Assembly (NCBI RefSeq): GCF_018977255.1
Contig: NW_024704743.1
Span: 78,368,001-78,432,000, forward strand
Length of the DNA stretch: 64,000 bases
Direction: 5' to 3'
Source: Callorhinchus milii
Taxonomy: Eukaryota
The notes under the pieces were generated by a model that was given only the letters and a program-made list of their open reading frames with translations, had not been told where the DNA came from and searched no databases. The position numbers and the translations under genes are program-made. Positions 13,071 to 27,600 of the stretch are shown one piece after another. Positions within the stretch are counted from its first letter, which is position 1; every line of letters begins with the position of its first letter.

Positions 13071-14214
13071 AGTCTTAAAAGATTCATCATGTTTATCAAG
13101 GAAAAAGACTCATCATGTTTATCAACAATTTGCACTTCTTGTACCAAGTTTAAGCAATCATGCACTGAATGCAGAGTGGACTAGATTTACTGCACAGTAA
13201 ATCTTCTTCCACAAGAATTGTAATTCCAAGATCTAAAGAGGTTCCTTACTGCACGAGTGCTAGATTTTAACTTTCCCCAACGTCTATCCTTCTCGCCTCT
13301 CTGAGTGAGATTAGCAATTTAGTCCAATTTACTCTTTGGTTATGAACAATGCTATTGTTTATGGGCCCACTATGACCATTATATTGTAGAATTTTCATTT
13401 TACATAGCACCCTTACAGCAAGGCCTTCCCTCGCCCCAACAACACCCTCCTCCCACACACACACAAACACACACACGATTCATTAAGATGACAGACAATA
13501 ACATTGGGGAAGGAACATTTCCTAACTTGTTAATTATTTATGTAGTATTAGGGTTAAACACTTGTATCTGATCCAACTTGAGTTACATGGTAGTAAAGCT
13601 TTTTCTGTTCTTCCCAATGGTGTGCTTTAACCTCAAACTCAGAAAGCTATTCTGTACTGCACACTGTAACAATTCCATTTCTAACACTAGGGAGACTAAC
13701 TAGTCAATTTTATTGTTGAATCACAGGCAGTTGTGTGCTGTTCATTCATGCCAGTAGCATTAAATTGACACTGCAGTCAATCCTCACGGACAATTTAATG
13801 TTCAAAAACACTTAACTGTAAATATTCTGACCTGTTCACTATAAAAATTAAACAATGTGACAACAAATATTTCCGATTGGTGGCAATTTACTGTCAAAGG
13901 TGAAATTATGTTTCCACAAGTCTTCACATCTTTTCAGACAATTTCTGCCCTAGAGATATGATGATTCACAGCGTGATCGTTTCTGACAGACTTAATGCTA
14001 AAACGTTCCCAAAGGGATTACACAATTGGCCATTATAGAGGAGCAATATACCTGAACTCAAGGGTTGAGCAAATTACAACACACCTTAGGGTCATTTTGA
14101 AACTTTGTGGTATGTGCCATTAAAAGAAAACAAAGGTAATGCCTTTCAGTCAGGAGGACATCTCAAAGCAGTTCAAAGGGTTTTACAATAAAGGCAGTGA
14201 CTATTTTGTAGGTC

Positions 14215-14810
14215 GAATGTACCCAAGTGCAGCCGAAACCCTCGTGCATGCATTCGTCACCTCCCACCGGGATTACTCCAACGCACTCCTCGCTAGTCTC
14301 CCCTACTCCACTATTCAAAAGATCCAGCTCATTCAGAACTCTGCTGCCCGCATACTGACCCTGGACCAAACTCCATACACACATCTCACCAGTTCTGGCC
14401 AGGTTCTACTGGCTCCCCACAACTAAATGGATCGACTTCAAGATCCTCACTCTTGTGTTCAAATCCATTCACTCCCAAGCACCTCCCTACCTCTCCGACC
14501 TCCTTACTCCCCAATCCACCACCCGGTTCCTCCACTCCACTGGCACCAGCCTCCTGCTCGTTCCTCGCACCCATTGGAGGTCACGCTCTCAGCCACTAAG
14601 CTCCAAAACTCTGGAACACTCTCCCTCAATCCCTCCGCCTTGCCCCCACTCTCCCCTTTTTCAAGTCCCATCTGAAAACCTTCCTCTTCGACCATGCTTA
14701 CGGCCACCACCCCCCCACCCCCAGCTCAGAGTCAGGCTCCGCCATTGTTAAACGCTCTTAGATGCTACCCTGCATGCAGGGCACTATATCAGTACAAATT
14801 GTTGTTGAAG
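14215..14810 (+). mobile_element. L2 LINE 3' fragment
   Basis: AAETLVHAFVTSHRDYSNALL...[10 protein letters not shown]; gttgttg tail. Confidence 0.88.
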
Positions 14811-16356
14811 ATGAACGAGGTACCTAACTTGTACAAAGCACTGTCCCACAAACAACCATGAATGACTACATTTTTAATGGACACTTAAGTAAGCAGATTG
14901 GACCTCGGTTTAATGCCTCATCTGTAGGAATGGCATCACCAACAATGCAACAGTTCCCCAGCAGCATATTGGAGTGTCAGCCTAAACTTTGAGCTCAGAA
15001 ATGTTGTGTATAAATGATATATGGACAGACAATATGTTTTATTATTCCATTTAGTTACTCTCCTCTGTTCAAGCACACCCTTGGGTAGCTTACATATTAC
15101 TAGTCTTTGTTGGGACTATGATGACCAAAAGACACTCCTGACTGCTCACCAAGGGCATTGTCTCTACTGTTATAGTGAGAGCAAAAGTCATCAGGTAATG
15201 AATGGGTTGCAGTATCTCTTGAGTGCTTGTTTTTGTAAATCAAAAGCATGACACAGCTCTTTTGCATCTTATAACATTCTAGCCAAATGCTGCTGAAAGT
15301 TGTGACCAAGATTGTATTACAATAATGATTATTCACTCAACTGTGTGATTGAGATCTTTCCATTTAAGTAATACAGGCACTACCCTGTATCCCATCACTT
15401 TGTAGCAGTTTGCTGGAGAGTTGACAGTCCTATACCAACACAATGTAGTAGGATATATACATCTCACCCTAGCTAACAATTCCACTGAAGATTATATGAG
15501 ACTCAGTTTAAAACATTGCACAATGCATACCTGATCACATGTAACTTGCATAAGATAGAGCATAAATAGGCTTGCACTTGCTCGTTACGTGAAGAGTTGG
15601 AACGTTTTCCTATATACTCTTTGACATTGCTGAGGTTTTGTACCTTCCCCAGGTTTGTAACAGACATTATTTCATGTGTAGCAAAATAAAGGTAACTCTG
15701 AGACCATTGAATTTGTCAGAACCAGTGATCATGAGCACTGTATAAATGATACTATGATCTGGCAAGTTAGTGACTAATTGCACTTGGTTTCAGAAACTAG
15801 GAAGTTTCTTCATGGGTTCACTGGAAGAATCTATAATAAGAATAATAATTTGAAATGACTTGCATGTAGATACAAAAGAAAACTAAATCTCTTTAATAGT
15901 ATTTAGTAGCAGAGCAACCTTGGCAGAAATATAGGAAAATAACATTATTTGAAACTAAAGACTAGTTTTCTTTTTGCCTGGCAAGGAGGAGGAGGAACAT
16001 GTGTGGGACACTGCTGTGTACAATTGGCTGCCAAGTTTCGCCCTCAAATATACAGTCAATTCACTTTACAGTATATTCTGTGACGCGCTTTGAGACATCT
16101 AGAAGGCATGAAAAGTATTATATTAAATTAAAGGATTATGATTATTATGTAGAAACTGGACTCTCATATGCTATTGTTACTGTGGAAATAGACAATAATT
16201 TACAGCAAATGCAAGGATTATTTATCAATATATTATAGTTCCGGATCCAATTGTCATTTAGAGACGTGTAATGTACAATAATAGAACACTGCTTTACCGT
16301 TATGTGACTAACACAGTAGAACAAGTGAAACATAAAAATAATTATGTGGTGCTTTT

Positions 16357-16672
16357 GGAGTCCTGTAGCTCAGTGGTTAGAGCACTCGCTTTGCAAGCGA
16401 GACATCTGGGTTCAATTCCAGGCAGGGCGAAACCTTAGACAAGTTTCCTTTTCCACACACCTAATAATAAACCCTCCAAAAAACAAAACAATAATAAATT
16501 GGTCATTTTCAATCCACGACTGTTTGTGGGACACTGCTGTACGCAATTGGCTGCCGCATTTTGCCCACAAATATACAGTCAATTCATTTTACAGCATATT
16601 CTGTGAAGTGCTTTGAGATGTCTCAAAGACGTGAAAAGTGCTATATCAAATGCAAGCATTATGATTATTATT
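16357..16672 (+). mobile_element. tRNA-Ala-like-headed SINE (short subfamily)
   Basis: ggagtcctgtagctcagtggttagagc (A box)...ggttcaattcc (B box); (TTA)n tail. Confidence 0.88.
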
Positions 16673-18394
16673 ATAATATATGATTGTAGCAGAAAGATGA
16701 AAAATGTCCTTATGAGATGGTACAATATGCAATATTTATTGAATAAAATTACATATCAGTGGAGATTTTAAATTTTCCTTTAAAGGGAAATTATATGAGA
16801 CGTATTGTACATAGTTAACAGCAGCTGAACTGTTAGCAGAATATACTAAGGGACAGAATGAAAACTAAATTACTCATTAAGCACTGGAACAGTTGAATGA
16901 AGAAATTATATTAAATACTTAAAGGAGCTGAAATTCTGCAATGGAAATGTTTGTGTCATCTGCAATTTAATATTAGAGATAAACAAGATAAAATAATAGC
17001 AGCAGTATTTATGGCTAAGTTTTATTTAAATAAACTATGAATAGGACCATCCCAGGCTCTAGCCCAAGTATTTACTGTGAATAGTTTCAATTGTGTGATA
17101 CAGGTACTGTACTTTTGGTTTGACTATCACAAGCTATTTTGATATAAGACCCTTTATAGTGAAATCCTGTTAGCTGTGAAAGAGTTTGATTAGGCAAGCA
17201 GCTTCACTTTATTAAGAGCTGGTAAATTGAACTATAAATGAAATAAAGGTTACATATTAAACAAGATTAATAACTTCAAAATTACGGGAACAAAAAGGAA
17301 ACCGTTAAAGTGTGATCAGCATGAGGAACAAACTACTAGCACATGAAGAAGAAATTGCACAGAATTACAAAAAGGAACAGCTAAACCGATTCAGGCTTAT
17401 GAGATTTAGAGATAAATACATAGAAGGAGGGGTAGACCAAGTCGACCAATCTACTCCTGCCCAAAATTGCTACTATGTCCTCCACCATGAAATGACATAG
17501 GTGTATTGTACTGTGAAATACTGAACGTGCCTTGCCTCAGCAAACCAAACGTCCTGAAGAAAATACTGAACAGCCATAAAAGTGACATTTTATATTCAGC
17601 ATATGCTCTTTCAACACGGTTGAAAATACACTATCTTGGTTCACGGATCGTGATTCTCTGAGTTGCAAGTAGTGATCCTGAAATCTGTCTCGTTGACCCC
17701 ATGGAATTCTGCTGTAAAGCAATCCTCTGCAGGTTTCTACCCGGGACCTACTTCTGGTTACCAGCAGGAGTCACTATTAATCTATGTAGTGACTACATTT
17801 TGAATCCCATTGTCTCTCTTTATCGAGTCACTCCATACAAAATTTGTGTTGCTCCTTCAGAAAAAGGTCACTTTTGATAAAACTTCACCCAAATATGAAA
17901 AACATGTCAGCTAATGCTTCTTCTGCATTTCAATTCCCAGTTGAATTATTTGCATTTATTTAGTTGTTAATTCTAAAAAAGGTGAATTAAATAGAACCAC
18001 TAACAAAAGAACAGGAGTTCACAACCATTCAGAAGTCAGAAGTATAACTAGTCAAGGTTGTTTTTTTGTTTGCTATGTTTGTTATCAGACAGCTTACACA
18101 GTAACAGATAAAAAAAAGTTAGCAACAATTTTATAGGAAGAATCTTTGACTATTTACATAAATACATAATTTCAAGAACAAAGCACCATTCTAATAAGAA
18201 ATGGACTATTTCAAAAACAACGAGGAAATACATACATTTTTCATCCTGAATATTACTTGATTTACTATGGGACTTAGGGTCATCAAATGTTATATTCTGA
18301 TCAGTAGTACTTGGCTTCATCACCAGCTCGTAATAATGATAATCCTTGTATTGGATATACACCTGTAGCTCCTATAACTTTCAAAGTACGGTGG

Positions 18395-18400
18395 TTTATT
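18395..18400 (-). terminator. Candidate poly(A) signal of the collagen gene
   Basis: AATAAA ~36 nt after the stop codon; other hexamers lie further downstream, so usage is unknown. Confidence 0.3.
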
Positions 18401-18436
18401 TTGTACTCTAAAATGACCTTTGTCACCGGCTGAATG

Positions 18437-18633
18437 TTAATAACCCGGCCCTTTCAAGAGTCCTTGTTGAGCCTGAAGGGCAGCTGCATGAATTCCACAG
18501 TCTCTGGCTTCACAAATCCCAGGAATCCCTGGATTACCAGGCAATCCTAGCTGGCCAGGAGCCCCAGTGTACCCCACTGGGCCCCGTGGACCTGGCTTTC
18601 CTTCTTTGTCAACACCAGGATACCCAGGATACC
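18437..18633 (-). CDS. Collagen exon 29, end of COL1 and NC1 (...[30 protein letters not shown])
   Basis: Second imperfection (GVDKEG), C-x4-C FACIT signature, stop TAA. Confidence 0.95.
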
Positions 18634-21600
18634 CTACAGGACACAGAAAGATAAAGTAGCTTTGAAATAGGGGTCACCTGAGCAGTACATTTCTCATTTG
18701 TTCAACCCAGGCAAACAAAGAAAGTGCTTGAGTTAAGAGAATATATGAAATCGGTGTCTCTCATGAGGATCTATCAACACATGAAGTTTAATTTGCCTTT
18801 TAACCTTCTCACCATCCAGTTATATATTCAACCACAAGTTCAATTCAAACATACTGCTCCCCCTTAGTAGCATTGTTTTGAAATGAGGTTTTGTGGAGGT
18901 CTGAATGCTTTCCATGGTGTCTCCTGTTCCCAGATATAAAATATTGTCTGAGGAGAAAGTACAGCTCTATTCTGAATTTTAATTATATTAAGTTATGGTG
19001 GCTGTGAAACAGCCTTAAACAGCAGTTCTGTTCCTGGGAAGAAGGTACCCAGAAGGGGAGAAAATCTATCCTATGGTATGGTCACGACTGGTCATGGAAA
19101 TCTTATGTCTACACATACGTTTAAATGAATGGGGGAAAATTCATATCTTGGAAATTCTTTAATGTCAGGAATGTATGTGTGCATAAGGGTGTCTGTCTAG
19201 TATGTGTGTGTGTGTATGTATGTATGTATTTGAGCGAGCGAGCGAGTAATTGTATATAAATGTTTAAATGGATGGTGCAATTATACTAAAATAGATGGTA
19301 CTATCTTCCTGAAAACATGTTTAGAAAACCTTTCATTGGTTTACGAGCATGTGAAACAATGATCAAAACTCATCTTTATTCATCACACAAAACTCATCAC
19401 TTATGTATGTGATATTCTGATGATGACAATGAAGCAAACGACTTCTGTCTCTCCTCCCTCTGGGCAAGAAAAGAGTGTTTGCCATTAAATCATTAAGCCA
19501 ATCTTTCTTTCATTCTGATCGAACATGAAGCCCTGAAATTGACTTGTTTGACTTTGAGCATATCAAGCTACCTACCTCTAGGGCCTTGAAACCCTTCTGG
19601 ACCAGGAAGACCAACTCCCTGAGCTCCCTTTTCACCCTTGTCACCTTGATCTCCTATAAAATGATAAAAATATGGTTCTTTAAACATCACCAAAGATAGT
19701 TCTAGACAGGAAATCTTTTTAAGTTAAGCACCAACCTGAATAAATATTACCTTTAGCACCAGGAGCTCCTTGTGATCCAGCAAATCCAATTCTACCCCTT
19801 GGGCCACGTTCACCCTCCAATCCATCAAGACCAGGTTTACCCTTTCAAAAAATTATTATTTTTAAAGAAAATAAAACAAAATATTCTTAAAATCGCCATA
19901 TTTTTAAGAACAACTAACTTGGGTATGTGTATTTTCCGCATCAACTTTAAATTTAAAGCTGCAATTTATGATTTAGCCTGAAGCATTTCAGAAAATAAGG
20001 CCAATAAACAAAAGAAAAGAATCAGCCCACGATGTCCTGGAGACACCACTGTTTTTTACAGTTTTTCCAAAAACTCAATAAAGAGAAAGCCAAGGTGAGA
20101 GAGACACTGCTCATCATAATTATAAAGCATAAAAATATATAATCATATCAAATATAAATAGGGAAATAAAACAACTAATCCAATTTTTGGTCAACATTGG
20201 TTGATCTTTGATCAATATAGAGTAATAAATAGTGACTTACTTGCTCTCCTGGTTTCCCTGGCAACCCAGAAGGACCAGGAGGTCCCATCAGTGTTACATT
20301 GTTGGTTGGACAAGCTGTCATACATGTCCGTCTGATTGCTGATGCATAGATTGCTATCTGCTCATTTATCACACTTTTACATAACTCATATACTTGTTCA
20401 TCAGGCATTCCTGGACCCTGGTGGTAACACAAAAATCTTTTAAACAGTTGATCCAAAAAATTGATGATTTTACCACGCTATAACTGAACATAGAACTTCT
20501 TCCACCCTATATCTATTACTGGAAAGCAAGGTAATATTGCTTTGCAATGCAGAGCAGAGAATCATAGACTGTACAGAAACAGGTCATTTCGGCCATCAAG
20601 CTCCTACTCCTCATCAGATTATCAGGTGTTCTTAAAAATATAGCAATTGTGCAACCATCTCTAACAATAGTAAAAAATCGTCCTTTTTTGAAGAATTGAG
20701 AAAGAAGCCTGAATCGATTCATACTTATTGTGTTTATAAAACATTGAGGTGAATCAAAGTATTGCTAAAACCACCTCCTGAAGAATTCCACCTATCTTTG
20801 GAATAAGCAACTCCACTGGCTTCCCATCACACAGAGGATCCTGGTCCTCATCTTCAAAGCCTTCAATGGCTTTACTCCCCCCTACTCCTTTGACATGCTA
20901 ACGCCCTACCAACTTGCCCACTCCGTCAGCTTCACGTCCCCTGGCTCGCCCACCCCACCATTCAGCCACTCTGCCCTACCCTCTGGAACTCAATCCCTCA
21001 GTCCATCCACCTCGTCCCCTCCCTTGCCTCCTTCAAGTCCCATCTCAAGACCCTCCTCCTTGACCATGCCTTAGATCACCCTCCTTCCCCCCCTGCCCTC
21101 CACCCTCCCCAATCCCAAACCGCAGCTTGGGTCCGAAACACAGATTATCCAGCACCTTGGAATGTCCTCCTGAATAGTGCTAATGGGATCTTTAATGTCT
21201 CCCTGAAAAGAGAGATAGGATCTTGGTTTAACTTGACACCTGAAGGATGACACCTCCAACAATGCACCCCTCCCGCAGCACTGTACTGGAGTATCAGTTC
21301 AAAATCCCAACATTAGGTTTGAACCCACTGACTGAAAGGGGAGCGTGCTACCAACTGAGCCAGGCTGACACCTGAGAAGTAATATTTGGGGATTGTTTGA
21401 ACATACCTGAGAGCCCTCAGATCCCGGTTCTCCTGCTGGCCCAGGTTCACCCGACTCTCCCATGGAACCAGGAAAACCACGTGGTCCAGGGATTCCAGGA
21501 ACGCCTCTTCTGCCATCTATTCCAAACAAACCAGGGGTCCCACGCTGTCCTTGCTACATAAATGGCATTAAGTTAAAAACCAACAAAATTATTTGCATAT

Positions 21601-24600
21601 CAATTACCGTTCTGACATTCAAATATAAAACATTATTATTTTATCTAATGAAGCAAAAGTGTGGCGCAGTCATTTTCTTTGTGTTTAATGGAATATGCTT
21701 AAAGAGAACAGAAAGTATGGCAAAGCAATTTCCAGTAAAGCAACTTCAATATCTCAATTCCAAATATTGTGCTGGTGTGATGAAATTACTGAGCAGCCCT
21801 GCTATTGATATCCACTCAAGGTGATAAGGTCTATTAACATGTGCAGGAAACTGTCTCAATCTCTCTTTGATCATTTTCAAATTTTGTCATCCTTTTTGGA
21901 ATGTTTGCTGCCTAAATGGAGTCCTGTAGCGTATTGGTTAGAGCATTCGCCTCGCAAGCAGGTTCAATTCGGAGACAAGGCGAAATATTAGGCAAGTTTC
22001 CTTACTCCACACGCCTCTGTTTACCTAGCAGTAAGTAGGAACCCGATTATTAGTCGATTGGCGGATCGCTTTCCCAGGGGTAATAATCCCTACGAAAATA
22101 AATAAAACATTTTTAAAAATTTAGTCAGTCAATCCACGACTGTTTTTGGAACACTGCTGTGTAGAATTGGTTGCCACGTTTCAGCCACAAAATATAGTCA
22201 AGTCACTTTACAAATGTAATTTTGCTGTTTTTGTTTATAGTATATTCTGTGAAGCGCTTTGAGACGTCTCAATGACGTGATAAGGCACTATATCAAATGC
22301 AACAGTTATTATTATTATTATCTCAACTGTTTCTCCTCAGTTTTCTCCAGTTCTTCATGTTCTTCAGAGGAAAATTTTTATTCAATTTCCATTACATTCA
22401 AATCATTTTTCTATTGCCTCTTCATATAGTATAACTTAATGAATCACAGGAATACAACAAACATATGGATAAACAAAGCCCTGCTGCCCTTTTGATCTCA
22501 TCCTTCCAGAATAGCCTTCCTACAATCTTGCTATTACCGCTTAAAGCTGATTCTTAAATAGTTCCAGTGGCCTCAATTGCCCTTCCTGGTATCTCATCCT
22601 GACTATTGATTGATCCACTGAAATACTTTCTGGGCTCTGTCCTAAAATCAGCTTCACAACCATTACCTTGTGTCCTTTTGTTCTACTACCTTGATGTATC
22701 TGACATTTTTGTTCTGGAAGTATAACCATGAATTATTTTAGTTGGTAAGAATTTATCTAGTTCCTTTTTGAAAACTTTTTATAGTTTCTTTTTCCACTAC
22801 CTATGCTGGTTGTTTTCTCTTCACTATCACATTTTTCTTTTTCTTAAAAAAAGGTATTTCTTCTGTTATGTTCTTATGCTCTCTTTTGCCCTTATTTTGA
22901 AGGTATGACTAATTTAATGTATGTCCTTTATTTCACTTATAGTCCAACTCTTAATACAGTCAAACTAGTTGCCAATGAATATTTTAACTGAAATGGGATT
23001 TCACTAAAAGGTGAATTATACTTGTTTTATATTCATAAATGCCCTTTGCATTTAAATAAAAAGTAACAGTGCCATGTATACAGTGTAGAAATATTCTTGT
23101 TAAATACTTAGGCAAGAGATTCTCCATTTATTAATAATAATCCGTGTTTTTGATGTGGTGCCTTTCATGTCTGGAGGATGTTTGAAAGCGCTTCAGAGGA
23201 TATCTTGTAAAGTGGCGTGACTGTATTTGTAGCCAAACACGGCAGCCAATTTGTGCAGCAAATTCCAAAAATAGCCATGAATTGAAAGACCAATTTTATT
23301 TTGGGAGATTGTTGGTCAGAACACCAGGAGAAATTCCCTTCTCTGCCACTGGATCTTTAATGCCCACCTCAACAGGCTGATGGGACCTCAATTTAATGTC
23401 TCATCTGAAGAATGGCACTTCCAGCATTGTAACTCGCTCTCCCCACCCCCAGCACTGCACTGGAGTATCAGCTTAGACTATGTGAGTTCAAAGACCCTGT
23501 CTTAGGTCTTAAACCTACAACATTCTGACTTAAAGGCTAGAGTGCTACCAACCGAGCCAGGCTGACACATATAGACTGACAAATAATGTAAATAATGTGC
23601 ATTATTTATTTTGTATCTAATGGAATTTGTTTCAAAAAATTACAAACCTGGCCTTCATCACCTATGTCACCTTCGTCACCCTACATAGAGGAAAAAAAAG
23701 AGATGACATGTGGGGATATTTGTGAAAAAACACTGGCATTTGATTCAAGACTGAAACATATGAATACCTGAGACCCTTGTTTGCCTTCTAAACCAACTTT
23801 GCCGGTCTCACCCTAGAAAAAGATTTGAATTGTAAATTAGCATTTTTACAAATAACAAATATCTTCACCTGATCTCAACTTACACAAAATAACAACAATA
23901 ATTTGTATTTATATAACGTCCTTCACACGGGTAGTGTCTCGGAGCGCTTAAATATGATTATGAAAGCTATATAATCATCCTTACATTTGACATAAAGTGC
24001 TCTGAGATGCTACCCTGCATAAGTGCAAGCTGTTGTTGTACAGTGCCTTTTACGTCAGAGAGACGTCCTAGATCGCTTCACAGGATATACTGAGAGCCAG
24101 TGGAGGGGATCGGTTGGGGACAAGGAAGGGGGTTCATGATACCCTAATCACTTTGACCTCAGTAAATTTCATTGAGTCTGACACGAAACAAAGGCAGAGA
24201 AATATTGGGAGGTGGCAGAAGGGTGGAGCTGCTCACAGATGGCACTTCTTATAGGCTTTGAGGTCACAATGTTAGTCGTCTGATGACCCCAGATCCCTCG
24301 GCTCAATTTAGCCAAGTCAGCCAAATCTGTTTCAGATTTCACGTTGCAACTACAAAGTCACAAAAGATATTGCTGTATATTTTGTGTGCATAGTTTAAAG
24401 GGCCCTCAAACGTGATCTGCCTTAGTGCTCCTGGATCCTGAATCTGGTGTGGAGTATGAATACAGGCAGAGTCTAGTTAGGCTAAATGGCCTGTTCCCGT
24501 GTGTAACTTTCTATGTAAAAAGCTTCAATTAAAAATAATTAAAATAAACATTTAGATAGTTGGGTGACATTTGCTGTACTTTAATTGAAATATTGATCCA

Positions 24601-27600
24601 AATGAGGCACAACAAGTGAATTAAAGAAGTACTGCATTCAGTGAAAAAAGTAATGGATAAACAGTTTTTGGGGATAACAGTCATGTGATATTTTTGTCCT
24701 TGTCATTGCACACTGCACACTAACAAAGGGTCACGTGTCATGTGAGTTTACAACTTCAGGTGGAAGGATTGCTTTCATTTGATAATAATATCATGAGACC
24801 TATATGTGTAATTTAACCTCACCTTAACCTTTCAATTTTATTGAGCCACTGAGACAGGAGCTTACAAAGAAGTGTACTGTGTAATTTCTTATATGGTTTC
24901 CCTTGTTGACCCGCTTATTGTATATTGCTGAAGAAATGCTCACCTTTTGACCATCGGGACCAGTTTCACCTTGTGGACCCTATTACAAAGCAAACACAAC
25001 GTGTAGTAAAATATATTTTTGGAAGTCAAGTTTACAAAAAAAACATTGGCATGGTTTTGTTGTGAAATCTACTCACAGGTAAACCTTTTATTCCTTGAGC
25101 ACCTGGCTTTCCTGGTATTCCAGGTTCCCCTGCATTGCCTTTAGGTCCCTGTAGTCAAACAAAAAAAAATGTGTGATTCTCAGACATTTCCCCGATAATC
25201 CCTCAAAAAAAATTTGGTCACTCAATGCACGACTGTTTGTGGTGTGCAATTAGCTGCCATGTTTCACCCACAACGTTAAGTCACTTTACAGTATATTCTT
25301 GAAGCGCTTTGAGTCATCTAGAAGACATGATAAGGCGCTATATCAAATACAAAGATTATTTAAAAGGGCCAATTGAGGTTAAGTTAAATCATATTTGAAA
25401 TAAAAAAACCTTTAAAAATGGCACTGTTTATCTAATTTATACAAATAATGATCCTTTCATTTGATACAATTCCTGATGGTGTCTTTCGCAGGGTTTTCTG
25501 TGAAGTGTAGTAACTGTATTTGTAGGTGATTGCGGCAGCAAATTTGCACACACCAATTTCCTACAACCAGCCACGAAGTGAATAGCTAATTTTATTTGGG
25601 AGATTCTTGACCAGGTGACCCTCCTCTTTTCAAATAGTGCCATGGTATCTCTAACATCTACCCCTGACAATGCAGCATTCTCCAAGTACTGCATTAATGT
25701 GTCATACTAGACTACGACTTCAAAGTCCCGATTTGGGGCCCACACTCTTCTGACACTGAAATTCCTACCATCTGAGTTACGCTGACACCGGTTCATACTT
25801 TTCAGTTGTTAGCTAAATATGACAGCTTTGAAAAATAAAAACATTTCAGAATTTATCTAATTCGGTTTTCAAACCAATCCTTAGCCTGGTACATCCTTCC
25901 CTTGTCTGTTTTTACACTGTGGAGCAATAAGATGCAAGATTACACTTGACATCTTCCATGCCCTTGTAGCAGGCACCAGAGACAATTGAAGAATAGGGTC
26001 TGCCAGGCCACTCTCTTCTACCTTCTTGTGGCCAGTTTCAGAACAACAAATAACAACAGAAGCCTGCAAACAAGTTGCCAACAATTCTCTTAGCCAGGGG
26101 TGCATTCATTTAAAAACAAAGTCTTCTTCTGGAAAGAAGTTAAAAAGAGTAGCAAGCATGGTGACTGTATTTTGCTGCTCCACCTCATCCTTGATGTCAC
26201 TCACCATCCTCCATTTTATATATAATATATATCTACATAATATATAAAATATATTATGTACTTTTTTGTCTATTATAATCTATTTTATAAGAAAGGAAAA
26301 GTTCAATTCACAGAATTCTTCATGATCTTCCAATGGGTAGATAGCATGCATGAAATTCTTATTTCGGTTTGGATACTCTTAACCATGGTGATAAGTTTCC
26401 ACCTGCATCAGACACCTGGCTGACAAGTAGTCAAGAGTAACCTTTCACTATCAAAACGCAAGGATATTGCGTTTGGAAAGAAGCAATCTGATCGGTGTTA
26501 AGATTTCACTTTTACAACATTATTCATTGAATTCAAGGTAAATAAACTTGAGTGACAGGCAACCCTGGGAGGAGTTCTCACAACTTTTTGGTTTGGTGCT
26601 CAATACGCTACTATTTGAGTGATCCACACTACATCTGCAGTTTTTTTAATAGGCTGATATCCCAGTCTCTGTAAGAGGGGAAAGAGATACTGGTGATAGT
26701 ACTCTTGAGATCAGAATGGTAAGCAAAATGATTCAAGAATTACTTTACAGAATTCCCTCAAAATATGTTTCTATTTCCTTCTGAAGATACTCTATAATGT
26801 ATTTTTGCTGTTGTTATTTCTCATTTACCCTATCTTTGTCAGTATGAGAAATAAAATAAATAGTAGCGACTTCATGTCATTTAACAGAACAGAAATTACA
26901 GAAGTGAAATTATTACTTCACCAAATACAAAGAGCAAGATCTCATATTTTTCTCCTCCCATGACCATTTCCCTTCTCTTGTGCATTTATAAAGAATCTTG
27001 GTTAGGGTTTTCTGATGTATTATAGATTGGGAGTGATTTTCTGAGCAATGTGGATCCTCTGGTTTCTTTATTTCATGGAAAATTAAGAAATGGTACATTA
27101 ATATAGTTCCCCTTCTGCTGAAATAATTGCAAGAGGGCTCTCCAATGAGAGTAAAATTTTTCATGTGACTTTCCACGTGTAGGTGGCATGCATACGTGAT
27201 ATTCTCAGTTTGGTTTGGATACTCCTAAGCAGGGTGATGCATTTCTGTATGTGTCAGACACCAGGCTGACCAAAATATACACTTCCAGAATACTGATTAC
27301 CTACTATCATCTTCCCATAATAGTAAACAGTTTCTTAAACAAGTCCAGCATTCTGGCCTCAACTACACTTCCTCCAGTTGTTAATTATCCTCTGTGTGAA
27401 CAATAATTTTGTGGTTTCTTCAAGCAGTTTATCACTGGACTCCCAAGTGTACGCATGAGTCACTGAATTTTATTTTGTCAGTCACTGCATAAAGAAATCA
27501 AGAAATGCATAGAATCAAGTCATTCCATTTCACTTCTGGGGGAGGCAGAAAGATGTCCTTCTCCATTTCATTCTGTTTGAGTTGTGCATCTTTCTGAAAT

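Noticed and set aside
16357-16430. tRNA-Ala(TGC)-like gene (also at ~21918, 30965, 53505, 54550 and 58115)
   Set aside because: Each runs straight into a SINE body and (TTA)n tail and lacks a proper acceptor stem, so these are SINE heads, not tRNA genes.
1-18000. BMP6 or other coding exons expected from human synteny
   Set aside because: No recognisable coding exons here; only repeats and unique non-coding DNA.
23648-23680. Apparent Gly-X-Y imperfection at the 33-nt exon
   Set aside because: The next exon begins with Gln and completes GQQ, so COL2 is uninterrupted.
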